Below are positions 35,893 through 46,569 of a DNA stretch of 64,000 bases, one piece after another. This DNA comes from a virus. Location: positions 5,731 through 69,730 of IMG/VR virus record IMGVR_UViG_3300037245_003267; one strand, written 5' to 3'. The notes under the pieces are model-generated. The model was not told the origin of the DNA. It ran no database searches and saw only the letters and a program-made list of their open reading frames with translations. The position numbers and the translations under genes are program-made. Every line of letters begins with the position of its first letter. Position 1 is the first letter of the stretch.

Positions 35893-36728
35893 GGATCGAT
35901 TCCAGTCTCAAACGGGTTCTTCGGGGGCACCCATGGATACCCACCGAACTCGATCACGTTGTCAAACTTCGTCGCACAGTCGCCCGCGCCTGTCGCGCCG
36001 GATCGGTGGTCGCAGCCGGCCTGGACCTCCACGAGCACCCCGGTCACATCCTCGTGGAACGGCAGCAGGAGCGTCAGGTCGTTCCCGGCGTGGCTCAGGA
36101 TCAGCCGGTAGTCTCCCAGGGTTGGGATGGACACCATCCCGCCATTGAACCACCCGTTCGCATAGGTGCCGGACAGTCCAGGGACCGTGATGATGTTCGC
36201 GTTCACGGCCGAGACGGACCCGGTGAACTCGAAGTCCGCCACGTCGAGGTTGACCTTGCAGGTGTCCGAAGCCCCGAGGCGGTAATTGCATTGTGCTCCG
36301 CTGCGGAAGCGCGGGATCGGCCGGCCGGTCTTGGCCGTGTTCCAGTAACAGGCCAGGGCGCAATTCTGGAAGTCGTTGGTGAACTTCAGGGACTGAACGA
36401 TCCCCAGGAACTCCGTCTTGAGCTCCTCGTCCGTGTCCTCCCTTTGGTAGCGCTGGATCTCGATCGATGCGACCACGCCCGGGGGGACGCCGATATACAT
36501 CGCGGCAAACTCGTTGAGCGCCGGGACGGTCACCTCGACCGCGTCGCTGCGCTCGACCGAGACCATGATCGACGTCCGCTCGATCGAGATCGGCTCGTAG
36601 GTCTCGCCATCGATCGAGACCTCGTCCTCGGCGCTGGTGTAGCGCCACGTCTTCGAACCGATCCCGAGCGTGTAAAGCTCAACCGGCCGCGAGGCCTCTT
36701 CGCTGATTTCGTAGGGGTCGTAGGTCAT
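35889..36728 (-). CDS. Baseplate hub, BR0599/DUF2163 (gpL-like)
   Basis: PVELY...RYTS; AGCDH...CATKFDNVIEFGGYPWVP. Confidence 0.9.
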   Translation of the reverse strand: MTYDPYEISEEASRPVELYTLGIGSKTWRYTSAEDEVSIDGETYEPISIERTSIMVSVERSDAVEVTVPALNEFAAMYIGVPPGVVASIEIQRYQREDTDEELKTEFLGIVQSLKFTNDFQNCALACYWNTAKTGRPIPRFRSGAQCNYRLGASDTCKVNLDVADFEFTGSVSAVNANIITVPGLSGTYANGWFNGGMVSIPTLGDYRLILSHAGNDLTLLLPFHEDVTGVLVEVQAGCDHRSGATGAGDCATKFDNVIEFGGYPWVPPKNPFETGIDP

Positions 36729-38443
36729 GACTGGTCAATCAGTGAGACGACCGGAATCGCCGACCGCGCAGAGTCGGGCCGCTCGTGCGTGATCTGGATC
36801 TGATCCGAGTCCAGGCGAACGAGCTCCACGAATTCGACGCGCGAGATCTCGGAGGGGAGCTTCGTGCTCGGCCAGGCGCTATCCACCGTCAGGCGCTCCG
36901 TGTCCGCGTCCACAATCACCGAAGACAGGATCTCACGGAGCAGCACCGAGCCGTCCGTGAAGGTCAGACGGATATGCCGCATCGGGTTCTGCTCCTCCGC
37001 GTATCGAGAGAAACCGATGTTCTCGATGTCCATCAGGGCGGAGGTCGCCGTCAGCGTCCCCGTGACCAGCAGGTCGTCCGACCATGTCAGGGTGTAGAAA
37101 CTCACCTGGCGCCCGCGGAGCGCATAGAGCAGCTGTCGGATCTCCCAGACGGCTTGCCGGGTCCTCCCGACGAACGTCTGCACGTGGCCTCGGGTCATAT
37201 TGGGCCAGAGGGAGGTCCGGGTCCGGTTGCCGGTCTTGTTGTCCAGGATGTAGACCCGGGTATTGAACCGCTCCTTCACGGCCCGCATGACGGGGTTGCA
37301 GTTGTCGAGCAGCACCTTGCCGTCGTAGCTCGAGAAGGCCGAGACGTCGGCGAGGTCCACGTCCGTGTCCTGCACGTCCCAGACCACCGTGAAGTCCTCG
37401 AGGTTCACCGGGTGCTGGTCCCCCCCAACGATTCCTTCGATCTCGCCCTGGCGAACCGGCATCACCCGGGTTCCAACGGGGTAATCGTTCTGCATCGGCG
37501 TGGCGAAGGTGATGCTCGAGGCCGTCTTGGAGACTATCACCGGGACGTCGAACAGGTCTCGGCTGGTGAAGACCACAGCCTGGCCGCCCACCCGGAAGTC
37601 GCTGTGACTGTTCGTGCTCGTGTTGATCGTGAAGGCCCCGATAAGGGCCTCGGCCGAAAGCTGGACCTGCTCGTTATGAATCGGCAGGCCGAACAGCTTA
37701 TTCTGCCACCCCATCAGATACATGCGCGCTTGGCGCCGGTCCTGGCCGTCAAGACGATACTTACACCGGAACCTCTGCGTGGGCGCCTTCCGAAGCGAGG
37801 GGCGCTTCTCCGGGCCGCCACGGCCGCGCTGGACGTCCGTCACGAAGCCAAGCGTCTCGCCGATGGGGGCTTCAGGATCGAAATACCACAGGACCAGCCG
37901 CACGCCCTCGATGTAGAGGGGCACGTCCCCCACGTCGAACCCGAATATCAGATCCCCCGCGAAATTCGGATCCGACGTCAGCTTGGTCTCGGCCGTCAGC
38001 ACGATCCCGTTCTGGCCCCCGATGGTGTGCGGGAGCGACGGAAGGTCGATCACGTCTGTGCCGGCGTCCACCGTGTTGGTGAAGCTCGTCAGCGAGACGT
38101 TCTGATGCCGATAGGCGCAATACAACTCGAACGTCTTCTGGATCGTGGACAGGATGTTGCCGAAGTCGATCGCGCGGGGAACCACATGCATCTTCTCGAA
38201 CCAGTCGCGGCCCGCCGTGAATTCGATCCCCTCATGGCCTGGATACCCCGAGGGCGACACGGCGGGCCGGTGGGGCACGCTGACGGGGTCGTCCGCCAGG
38301 ACGGGGTCCTCGAGCGCGAGCGTGGCGAAAGACTCCTGACTGGCCACCGGAGCCCGCGTATAGGCGGCATCGGCCCGCCCGGGGATTCCGAAGTGGGTCC
38401 CGTAGAACGCGTCGTCGTCCAGGTAGCCTGGATAGGCTGTCAC
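36725..38443 (-). CDS. Tail/distal tail structural protein
   Basis: ETLGFVTDV...EKRPSLRKAP; VRLDSD. Confidence 0.75.
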   Translation of the reverse strand: MTAYPGYLDDDAFYGTHFGIPGRADAAYTRAPVASQESFATLALEDPVLADDPVSVPHRPAVSPSGYPGHEGIEFTAGRDWFEKMHVVPRAIDFGNILSTIQKTFELYCAYRHQNVSLTSFTNTVDAGTDVIDLPSLPHTIGGQNGIVLTAETKLTSDPNFAGDLIFGFDVGDVPLYIEGVRLVLWYFDPEAPIGETLGFVTDVQRGRGGPEKRPSLRKAPTQRFRCKYRLDGQDRRQARMYLMGWQNKLFGLPIHNEQVQLSAEALIGAFTINTSTNSHSDFRVGGQAVVFTSRDLFDVPVIVSKTASSITFATPMQNDYPVGTRVMPVRQGEIEGIVGGDQHPVNLEDFTVVWDVQDTDVDLADVSAFSSYDGKVLLDNCNPVMRAVKERFNTRVYILDNKTGNRTRTSLWPNMTRGHVQTFVGRTRQAVWEIRQLLYALRGRQVSFYTLTWSDDLLVTGTLTATSALMDIENIGFSRYAEEQNPMRHIRLTFTDGSVLLREILSSVIVDADTERLTVDSAWPSTKLPSEISRVEFVELVRLDSDQIQITHERPDSARSAIPVVSLIDQS

Positions 38444-39405
38444 GTGGTCACCTTCTTGTAGGCGATCCCCTGGTTCTTCGTGCCGCCCACGCTGTCCGCG
38501 TTGCTCTTGATGTGCGCCGGGAACATGACCCAGGTGTCGCCGCCGATCACGACCTCTTGCGCGTCAGCCAGGTATTTGACGTTCACCCCGCGAACGTCCG
38601 GCTGGGTCCCGAGGAAGAAGACTTCGGAACCGACGCGGTAGAAGCTGGTGATCTGATACATCGGGATCAGGCCCGACTCGGATCCGGCGCTGAAGTGACC
38701 CATGCTCTGTGCGACCGGGCCGCCCCGGAACCCGCCCTGCACGTAAATCCTGGGGTTTGATCCGCGGTCGTCTCCGGTCGTTGTGTTGTCGCCCCAGACG
38801 ATCCCCCACTTGGTGCTTCCCGGCTCGCTCGGGAGACCCTCACAGTGCATCGAGGCAACTTGGGGGCGATAGGTAAACGACTTCGTGAGGCCGTCCAGAA
38901 GAACGGACGTGGAGGTCTTCACGGCGCTGGCGTTGCCGGCGTCCAGATGGTTGTGCCCATAGCAATACTCGCCGCCCGTCCAGTTGTCGCCGACCTTCTC
39001 GATCACGCCGAACCCGAAGTGCTTGAACTTGCCGCTCGCCACCTCGACCACGATGTGAATGTAGGTGTCCGACTCGAAGAAGAAGTAGCTCGAGAATGCA
39101 CCCGTCCCGAGAGGCACGTGGCGCCCGTTGTCCAGGGTGCCGCTCACGTCCGAGATCATGCCCTGGCCGCTGTCGTCGGGGTGGTTGCCCGGGTCGGTAG
39201 ATACGGACCACCCGAGGGCATGGTAGAGCCCGACGACGGATGGCGTGGCCACGTTCCACCTGAAGGACACGTAGACGTTGCTGCGATGCATGGCCAGGCG
39301 TCCGGCGCTCGACTCGTCCGAGATCCACCCGTTGGCGACGGCGAACGTCTCCAGCTTGTTCAGGAGATCGACGACGCCGGTGGAGGTTCCTGTCTGGTAG
39401 CTCAC
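38440..39405 (-). CDS. Virion structural protein
   Basis: MSYQTGT...LLxKLxxFAxANGW; paralog-like to next gene. Confidence 0.8.
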   Translation of the reverse strand: MSYQTGTSTGVVDLLNKLETFAVANGWISDESSAGRLAMHRSNVYVSFRWNVATPSVVGLYHALGWSVSTDPGNHPDDSGQGMISDVSGTLDNGRHVPLGTGAFSSYFFFESDTYIHIVVEVASGKFKHFGFGVIEKVGDNWTGGEYCYGHNHLDAGNASAVKTSTSVLLDGLTKSFTYRPQVASMHCEGLPSEPGSTKWGIVWGDNTTTGDDRGSNPRIYVQGGFRGGPVAQSMGHFSAGSESGLIPMYQITSFYRVGSEVFFLGTQPDVRGVNVKYLADAQEVVIGGDTWVMFPAHIKSNADSVGGTKNQGIAYKKVTT

Positions 39406-39409
39406 TCGT

Positions 39410-40714
39410 CTACTCCATTTTCATCGCAAGGTAACTGCATGGCTGCGTCCGCTGGCCGCCGGCGAACACGGTGTATTCGTCGCCCCCCTGCGAGATCGTA
39501 TCCTCCGAGCTAAGCGTCGCGGCTTGCCCGACCGCGTAGAGGCCGGCAAGGTGCCCGACCACCTGGCGATTCACGGCATCAGCGCTCGTCCACACAAGGG
39601 TCGCGGGGATCAGGAGGAACAGGTCGCCGGCGGCTTCCGGGGTTCTCTCAAGCGTGAAACTCGGGGCGCCGGGGACGCCGACGTTCGGGAAGATGTCGGT
39701 GAAGTCGAGGTATGCCGCGGCGACGATTTGGTCGTCACCACTCACGGGCATTCGGTTTGTCCCCGCAGGGTAGATGGTGTAGTCCAGCGTCAGGGAGCGT
39801 TGCACGGTCCCGCTGTAGGCCGTCTTCGAGTTTGCCACGCCCTGCCACGCACCGCTCGCCAGGCGGGTGTAGCCCGGGCCGGACCGGCTCGAAATGCCGA
39901 TCTGCTCTGTGAGCCCACCGATGTCCGGGATGGTCGTATTCCAGAGCGCGTCACGCCGCGCCGAGCAGCCGGACACGTAGATGGGATAGGGATACTCTGT
40001 GCTGGTTTGGAACGCATCCAGGAGCCCGATGTAGAAGGTCTGATAGTGGGTCGTGGTGACGTCGTCGGTCTTCACAACCCCCATGATCCGCCGGCCGGTG
40101 ATGAAGAACCAGAAGTCCAGGCTGGCATTCATCAGCGGGACGTAGCAGCCGCCGCCGGTGGATGGCTCCGTGGCAGGTGAAATGCCAGGCTGCGACGCAT
40201 AGTCCAGGCCGGAGTTGAAGCCGGTCATGGCGTTTACGTGCCAGTTGTAGGCCCGCGTGATCCCCTGGATGATCGAGTAGCTCTTGATGCCAACGAAGAT
40301 CTCGTCCGCGGCCGCCAGGCCCTCGCCCTCGAGGATGACCTCCTTCTCGGTGATCGAATCGTAGATGTAGGTCGTGTCGCGCCGGGCCGTCCACCCGGTG
40401 GCCGCACTCGTGGAGATGGTGATCGTGCAGCCCGTGCCAGTGCCCCCGGTGGTGCTCGCCGGCGACGATGGGACGACCGAGTAGGCCCCCCCGTCTCGCA
40501 GCTTGATCCCGTCCACGATAGTGCCCGACACGCTGGTGACCTCGACAGTCGCCACGTGGGTGCCCGTGCCGCCCGCAATGGTGAGCACGTCGCCCAGGAG
40601 GTATCCAGTCCCTCCGGCCGCGACGGCCACGGTGGCGATGTGCTCCGCGGTGGCGATCTCAACAAGCTGCGCGAGCGCGTCCTGGTAGTCGGTGGCGGTG
40701 CCTCTCTGATACAT
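39410..40714 (-). CDS. Virion structural protein
   Basis: MYQRGTATDY; EYPYP. Confidence 0.8.
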   Translation of the reverse strand: MYQRGTATDYQDALAQLVEIATAEHIATVAVAAGGTGYLLGDVLTIAGGTGTHVATVEVTSVSGTIVDGIKLRDGGAYSVVPSSPASTTGGTGTGCTITISTSAATGWTARRDTTYIYDSITEKEVILEGEGLAAADEIFVGIKSYSIIQGITRAYNWHVNAMTGFNSGLDYASQPGISPATEPSTGGGCYVPLMNASLDFWFFITGRRIMGVVKTDDVTTTHYQTFYIGLLDAFQTSTEYPYPIYVSGCSARRDALWNTTIPDIGGLTEQIGISSRSGPGYTRLASGAWQGVANSKTAYSGTVQRSLTLDYTIYPAGTNRMPVSGDDQIVAAAYLDFTDIFPNVGVPGAPSFTLERTPEAAGDLFLLIPATLVWTSADAVNRQVVGHLAGLYAVGQAATLSSEDTISQGGDEYTVFAGGQRTQPCSYLAMKME

Positions 40715-43686
40715 CAGCCGATCGCCCTTCTGATGGTTTTCCGGTTCCGCTGGATGATGTTCAAGACGACGCGATCGCCGGCCGGGCTGTTCATGGCGTT
40801 GGGGATCTCGTTCGGGTCTTCCACGTTCACCACCGTCACGTTCCCGGTCTCGCCGTTGGCCGGCTCCACCCGACCCTCGGCGCCGAATCGCACCCGCTCC
40901 GGGCCGCGCTCGCCGACGATGTATTCCCGCCCTGGATGGACCGAGCCACCGCTCGCGCGCCCCGCGGCCGCGCTGCCCGCAGCCACGCCCGCGCCGGCCA
41001 GCGAGGCCGCCCCGCCGGTCGCCACGTTCAGCGCCTGAATGATAAGCAACCGGGCGAAGATGCGCGCCAGGTCGTCGAGGATCGCGTTCGCAAAGTCCTT
41101 GAAGGCCAGCTGGCCATTCCGGACGAACGACGCCAGAGCGTCCGCGCTGCGGTCCACGAAGACGTTGACCGAAGCCTCGGCGATCGACGCGAAGTCCTCC
41201 GCCTCCTGGGCCAGCCGGATGAAGGCCCGCGTGAATCCGTCTCCGATGGCCGTGGAGGCGTCCAGGCTCTTGAGGCGGAGTTGGATCATTGACTCGGTGA
41301 CGGCCTGGATGCGCTGGTCGTAGAGGTCCATGGCATCCAAGAGAAGCACCCACGCGGTCTCGCGCTGGGCCTCGAGCTCTTCCGACGATGCAATCGCCGC
41401 GCGATCTTCGAGTCGGGCCCACGCTTCGGTCTGCTCGTTGATCTGCTTCGTTTCGAAGTCGTAGATCTCCTGCAGGTTTTTGTGCTCCTGCGCCAGCTGC
41501 GCCACGAGGTCGATCTGCACCAGGAGGGCTTTCGCATCATCCGAGAGCGTCTTCGCGGCTTCGCCGACCGTTTTCCCCTGCGCCTTCCTGGCTTCCTTGG
41601 CGGCCGCCGCGTTGCGCTCCTTCTCCTTCTTCACGCGCTCCTTCTCGCGCGCCTCGCCGATATCTCGCGCACGCTTCAGAATCTCGCGGACCTTGTTTTC
41701 GAAGAAGGAGAACTCCAGGCCCTCGGTGTTCGCCTTGCGGAGGATGGCCGCGAGGTCATTGAGCGTCTCCGATGAGCCGGCGATGATCGCGGCCTTGGTC
41801 TCGATTATGTAGGCGTCGCGCGCCGTCTCGAGCGCCGCGATATCTTCCTCGGCCTTCTTGACCGCTGCACTCTTGCCGCCGGTGCCCTTGATCAGCAACT
41901 CGATGCCAGTGACAGCATCATCGATCGCAACTCGCGTTTTCTCCTTGATGAGGCCGAGCGACCGAAGAACCGCTGCGATGCCGGCAAACGCCCCAATGAG
42001 TCTCTTGAACTGCTGCGCGATGGTTTTGATCGGGTCTTGGAATAGGTTCTGCAGGAACAGGCCGAGCTTCTTGAACGTGATCTGGATCTGGAACGCGGTC
42101 GACTTGAAGATCAGCTGGAGGGAGAGCCCGATCTTCCTAAATGCATTCGTCTCGAACAGGCGTCCGATGCCGGTCACGAACCCGATCACCACCCCGATCA
42201 TCGTGTCGAAGGTCTTGGCGAAGTTGACCGCGAACTCGGTGAAGTCACCCCCGATATCCTTGCCGAACACCTTCTTCACGATCGCCCGAAGCCCGATGAA
42301 GAACGCGCTGGCGAAGATCCCCACCTCGCGGAATCCCTGCTTGATCACCTCAAACGCCGCCACGAACACGTCCTGCAGGCTGACGATGCCGTCGTTTGAG
42401 ATGAAGATCTGATCCGAGAATGCTACGAGCGCGATGGTGGCGGTCGCCAGGATCGTTGCGATCAGCGTTATCGGGTTGGTTAGGAGCGCGATCTTGAGCG
42501 CGAGAAGCGCTTTCAGAACCGCCCCGATCCCGGCCCGCGCGACCTTCACCACGAGAACGAGGGCCAGGAACTCCAGTGCGTTGGCGAATAGGATCACATC
42601 CCTCGAGAGCGCCCGCATCCCCGTGGCGAGGCCCCGGAGGAACCCCTCGAGGTTCGTGTCCGCTATATCGCCGATCGACAGGACGACCGCCTCGAATGCG
42701 GACTTCACCGCCAGGAGGGCGCCGTTCACGTTGTCATCCATGACCCGGGCCATCTCTTTCGCAAACCCGGTCGAATTTCTGAGCTCCTTCGTGAACTTCT
42801 CGATCTGCGGGATGAACCCCTGAAGGACCGTGAAGGCCGGGCCGCCGCGCTGTTTGAAGATCGCCAGCGCCGCCTCGCCGCCGATGCCTGACTCCCGGAG
42901 CGTCCGGAGGATATCGGTCAGCTTGTTGAAGCGCGGGTTGATGTCTTCGACGGTCTTCCCGGCCGCCGCCAGCGCGATTCGCAGTTGCTTCCCGGGGTTG
43001 ATGAGCTCGCCCAGGACTCGCCGCAGGCCGGTGCCAGCAAGGCTGCCCTGCAGGCCGGCGTTGCTCAGGACCATGATCGCCGAGGTAGTCGTCTCCAAGT
43101 CGATGCTGAGGCTCTTGGCAATCGGCGAGACGAACTTGGCCGCCTCCCCGATCCCGGCAACCGTGGTGTTGGCCGACGCCGCCGCCTTCGCCAGGACGTC
43201 CACGACGTGGCCGGTCTGGCTCACCTCCAGCTGGAAGCCCTTCAGGATGGTGGTCGTGATGCTCGCGGCCCGGGCCAGCGCGAGCTCGCCCGCCTGAGCG
43301 AGCCGCAGGGTGCCGTCCAGGGTAGCCAGGACCTGGTTCGCGTCGAACCCGGCCCGGGCCAGGAGCTCGGCGCCCTCCGCGGCCTGTGTGGCCGTAAAGC
43401 GCGTGCTGGCGCCGAGCCGCCTGGTTTCTTCAATGAGGAGCGTAAGCTCCCCCGCCGTTGCACGCGACACCGCGGCGACTGATGCGATGCGCTGCTCGAA
43501 CTTGGCATACGTCGCAATGGTCCGGGTGATGACGAGGCCGCCGCCCGCCAGGGCGAACAGGCGGCCGAGAGTCGTCCGGAGACGGTTCGCATGCGCCTCG
43601 GTCCTCCGCAGCCGCCGTTCGACTGCATTGGTGCCGGGGCGAATGCCAGAGGGGTCAGCTACGATGCGGATCCGATAGTCGGGCAT
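40714..43686 (-). CDS. Tape measure protein (TP901-type core)
   Basis: LGASTRFTATQAAEG...LARAG; GLQGSLAGTGLR; C-terminal ASGG...YIVGERGPE. Confidence 0.93.
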   Translation of the reverse strand: MPDYRIRIVADPSGIRPGTNAVERRLRRTEAHANRLRTTLGRLFALAGGGLVITRTIATYAKFEQRIASVAAVSRATAGELTLLIEETRRLGASTRFTATQAAEGAELLARAGFDANQVLATLDGTLRLAQAGELALARAASITTTILKGFQLEVSQTGHVVDVLAKAAASANTTVAGIGEAAKFVSPIAKSLSIDLETTTSAIMVLSNAGLQGSLAGTGLRRVLGELINPGKQLRIALAAAGKTVEDINPRFNKLTDILRTLRESGIGGEAALAIFKQRGGPAFTVLQGFIPQIEKFTKELRNSTGFAKEMARVMDDNVNGALLAVKSAFEAVVLSIGDIADTNLEGFLRGLATGMRALSRDVILFANALEFLALVLVVKVARAGIGAVLKALLALKIALLTNPITLIATILATATIALVAFSDQIFISNDGIVSLQDVFVAAFEVIKQGFREVGIFASAFFIGLRAIVKKVFGKDIGGDFTEFAVNFAKTFDTMIGVVIGFVTGIGRLFETNAFRKIGLSLQLIFKSTAFQIQITFKKLGLFLQNLFQDPIKTIAQQFKRLIGAFAGIAAVLRSLGLIKEKTRVAIDDAVTGIELLIKGTGGKSAAVKKAEEDIAALETARDAYIIETKAAIIAGSSETLNDLAAILRKANTEGLEFSFFENKVREILKRARDIGEAREKERVKKEKERNAAAAKEARKAQGKTVGEAAKTLSDDAKALLVQIDLVAQLAQEHKNLQEIYDFETKQINEQTEAWARLEDRAAIASSEELEAQRETAWVLLLDAMDLYDQRIQAVTESMIQLRLKSLDASTAIGDGFTRAFIRLAQEAEDFASIAEASVNVFVDRSADALASFVRNGQLAFKDFANAILDDLARIFARLLIIQALNVATGGAASLAGAGVAAGSAAAGRASGGSVHPGREYIVGERGPERVRFGAEGRVEPANGETGNVTVVNVEDPNEIPNAMNSPAGDRVVLNIIQRNRKTIRRAIG

Positions 43687-43689
43687 CCT

Positions 43690-44049
43690 TTACCGTCCCT
43701 TGTTGTCGCGCCCGGCTTCCCAGCGCGCCGTCTCGTCCTTCAGATACTCGCCATCCAGCATCCGGATCATATCAGCGAAGAGCGTGCGGATGTCCGGATC
43801 GAGCCCCTCCCGGTCGGCATATTCCTGGATGAAGTTCCATGGGAGGGGGCCCGGCCCCATCCCATACTGCCGGCAGCTGCTGAGCTCGAAGAACGCGCGC
43901 ATGATGAAGCGTTCGCCACGGCTCACCTCCGGCTCGTCCAGATACCACTGGGGAGGCTCTTTACCTGCCCGCTCGTACTGCCCGCTCGTGATCGCCCACC
44001 CGTCTCGAGAGAACCTTAGCTCCCACTCGAGACGGCTTCGGAGTTTTCC
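43690..44049 (-). CDS. Tail assembly chaperone gpT part, reached by -1 frameshift at G GAA AAC (44043-44049)
   Basis: -1 frame reads LRSRLEWEL...FFELSSCRQYGMGPGPLPW. Confidence 0.8.
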   Translation of the reverse strand, partial: GKLRSRLEWELRFSRDGWAITSGQYERAGKEPPQWYLDEPEVSRGERFIMRAFFELSSCRQYGMGPGPLPWNFIQEYADREGLDPDIRTLFADMIRMLDGEYLKDETARWEAGRDNKGR

Positions 44050-44513
44050 GCGAGCTCCTCGACCTCCGGCTCGTCACCGGGACCGATCGGCGTGTCCTCA
44101 ACCTCCGAACCCTTCATGTAGAACGACTCGGGATCGCCCGCGAACTCACGCAGCGGGTCGAAGATCTGCCAGGGGCAAACCCGGCAGAACTCCTCGGCGG
44201 CCTCGCGGGAGTACGGGATGAAGGTCCCGGGTTTCGCGTCGTCGGGGATGTTGCGGAACCCCACGATGACGTGCATCGGGAACAGCTTCCTGTCCTCCTC
44301 GCGAGCCTGCTTCAGATCGCCCGCGTCCGTCGTGCCGCGGTTGAGACGACGCGCCCGCTTCACGGTCGAGCGGACGGTCGAGTTGTGATACGGCTTGTTC
44401 ACCTCGTTCGCAGAGCGAACTTCGACCGCGGCGTCCGGGTGACCGGCCTCCGGGACGGGGAACCACGCGGTGGATTCCGAGGACACCGCGTGCTGCTTCA
44501 GGGCCTTGAACAT
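44016..44513 (-). CDS. Tail assembly chaperone gpG
   Basis: Between tube and TMP; AAGGAGG RBS. Confidence 0.85.
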   Translation of the reverse strand: MFKALKQHAVSSESTAWFPVPEAGHPDAAVEVRSANEVNKPYHNSTVRSTVKRARRLNRGTTDAGDLKQAREEDRKLFPMHVIVGFRNIPDDAKPGTFIPYSREAAEEFCRVCPWQIFDPLREFAGDPESFYMKGSEVEDTPIGPGDEPEVEELAENSEAVSSGS

Positions 44514-44539
44514 TGAATGCGCCTCCTTGCAAATGCTGA

Positions 44540-46129
44540 TCAGGAACGATCGGTCGGAACGCTCGGGAAAAAGGACATCCCGAGCGAGACGTTGGGAATC
44601 ACATCGACTGAGTCGTTGAAGGCCTCTCCCGTGAGGTTCACCTTCACGGCCGCGTCCTGCTCGAACTCCTTGTTCCCGTCCCCGAGGGTCAGGGCCGGGA
44701 TGTCGATGGCGCAGGCGCCGTCGTCGTTCTTCAGGACCGTGGCGAACGTCACCGTGGTGTTGTCTCGCACCGCGTTGATGATCGCCTTGTTCGTGAAGAG
44801 CATGACGCCCTCCATGTTGACCTCGAACAGGCCGGTATTCAGCGCCAGCGCGGCGAGGCCCCCGAGGCACTTCTCCGGGCTGATGTTGTTGCGGAGGGTG
44901 ATGTCGAGGTTCTTGAAGCAGACCTCGGAGACCGCGGAGACCACGTCCGTGGTGATCGACGCGATGTCGCTCGCCGTGCCCAGGCCCACCGTCCGCAGCG
45001 CAGCGACCGAGTCCGAGGGACCCGTCTTCCGCGCGCTCACGATCGGCTCGGTGTCCGTGCCGATCATGCCCCACGTGCCGGTGGCCTTCGCGGAGAGCGG
45101 CAGCGACAGCTTGAGCTCGTTCGCCTGGAGGCCGACAGAATACTCGTACTCGGGCGTGCCGACGCCGCCCAGGTCCGGGTAGGAGCCCTCGAAGGAGTAG
45201 GAGCGGCTCAGGTAGCGGTTGTCGTCATCGTCCGCGTCGGAGGCCACGTTCCGCAGGAACCGACCGAACATGATGTCGACCAGGGTCGCGTTGGAGGCGT
45301 CGGTGACGCTCAGCTTCGCGTCCAGCTTGTCCAGGTTCAGCGTGGGGCCGTCGATCGACGTGATCCGCGCGTAACCGTAGACGTCGCCGGCAGCGCCGTC
45401 ATCGAACACGTTCTGGCGGCCGCCGGAGCCGTCGTCCGATCCGACGTGGATGTATTGGCCCACGAAGAGACCGAGCACCGACCAGTCCGCGATGTGGGCC
45501 GCCGAGACGATCGTCCCGGTGGAGCCGGTCTTGGTAAAGGCCAGGTCCCCGATCGCGCATTGGATGCCGGCGACCTCGAGGCTGGCGTTCGTGCCCGGCG
45601 TCTCGTCCACCAGGGCGCTCTCCACCGGGATCGCCACATCCGTGGAACCCACGTCCGCGGAGAGCACGTGCAGGCCGTTGTTCGCGGCGTTGGTGTAGCC
45701 CTTGGCATACACCAAGGTGATGGCCTCGCCGGAGGCCCAGACCATCTTCGCTGCGAGCCCGAGCGAGACGGCGTCGACCGTGAAGTCGTCCGTGGCCGCA
45801 ATCGCCGGCGGCGGAATCAGGCCGGCGCCCGACTTCAGGTCGAACTCGACGTTGGCGAACTCCGCGAAGACGTAGCCCTCAGCGAAGTTGATGAGGGCCT
45901 CCATGGTGATGTCGGCCTCGTGGTCGACCGCGGAGTCCGAGTCCACCACCACGCCCTTGCGACGGCCGCGGATCGGAGAGATCGGGCGCCTGGGCTCGGT
46001 GGTGATCTGGTTTCCGAACCGGCCCACGTTGTTCGGCTCGAGATCGCGCCACCCGCTGGTGGGCGACACGCCGAGCGTCGCCTCGGGGGCGAACCGCAGA
46101 GCGAATCTGTTCGTGTCGACCTTTGCCAT
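44540..46129 (-). CDS. Major tail tube protein
   Basis: APEATLG, YSFE, ITLRNNI, LFTN; position. Confidence 0.88.
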   Translation of the reverse strand: MAKVDTNRFALRFAPEATLGVSPTSGWRDLEPNNVGRFGNQITTEPRRPISPIRGRRKGVVVDSDSAVDHEADITMEALINFAEGYVFAEFANVEFDLKSGAGLIPPPAIAATDDFTVDAVSLGLAAKMVWASGEAITLVYAKGYTNAANNGLHVLSADVGSTDVAIPVESALVDETPGTNASLEVAGIQCAIGDLAFTKTGSTGTIVSAAHIADWSVLGLFVGQYIHVGSDDGSGGRQNVFDDGAAGDVYGYARITSIDGPTLNLDKLDAKLSVTDASNATLVDIMFGRFLRNVASDADDDDNRYLSRSYSFEGSYPDLGGVGTPEYEYSVGLQANELKLSLPLSAKATGTWGMIGTDTEPIVSARKTGPSDSVAALRTVGLGTASDIASITTDVVSAVSEVCFKNLDITLRNNISPEKCLGGLAALALNTGLFEVNMEGVMLFTNKAIINAVRDNTTVTFATVLKNDDGACAIDIPALTLGDGNKEFEQDAAVKVNLTGEAFNDSVDVIPNVSLGMSFFPSVPTDRS

Positions 46130-46143
46130 GTCAGGCTCCTGTC

Positions 46144-46569
46144 TTACTTCGTCTCGTCACTGAGGAACCGGACCTCAGTGGTAACGAGATACCAAGCTCC
46201 GTCGACGCCGATATGACGAACGGTCGCCCCCTGGAGCCAAATTGAATTTCCGCTGATCGAGACGCCCTCGAGGACGGCCCTCGCTGCTTTCGCAAGCTGG
46301 TCTGCTGAACTCGAGCCCTTATCTGTGGGCACGGCGACCTGAAAGAAGACCGACCCGGTGCGCTCGAACTTCCTGCCGCCGCTATCGCCGAGCGTTTGTT
46401 GCTGACCGAGGAACTCCAGGATGCTCAACCGTCCCCACGCCAGGCCCGCATTCGGATCCGGCGGCGCGAACGTCTCGTTTGGCATCTCGATACGAGCGGC
46501 CGGGATCGCCGTGTAATTGGCCAGGAAATAGGCCGCGATCGCGTCCCTGTATTCGACAAGGTCGGTCAT
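46144..46569 (-). CDS. Tail terminator
   Basis: PNETF..P...WGRL...FERTG..FFQV. Confidence 0.8.
   Translation of the reverse strand: MTDLVEYRDAIAAYFLANYTAIPAARIEMPNETFAPPDPNAGLAWGRLSILEFLGQQQTLGDSGGRKFERTGSVFFQVAVPTDKGSSSADQLAKAARAVLEGVSISGNSIWLQGATVRHIGVDGAWYLVTTEVRFLSDETK

Noticed and set aside
43690-44513. Broken tail gene or novel recoding
   Set aside because: Standard G/GT programmed -1 frameshift
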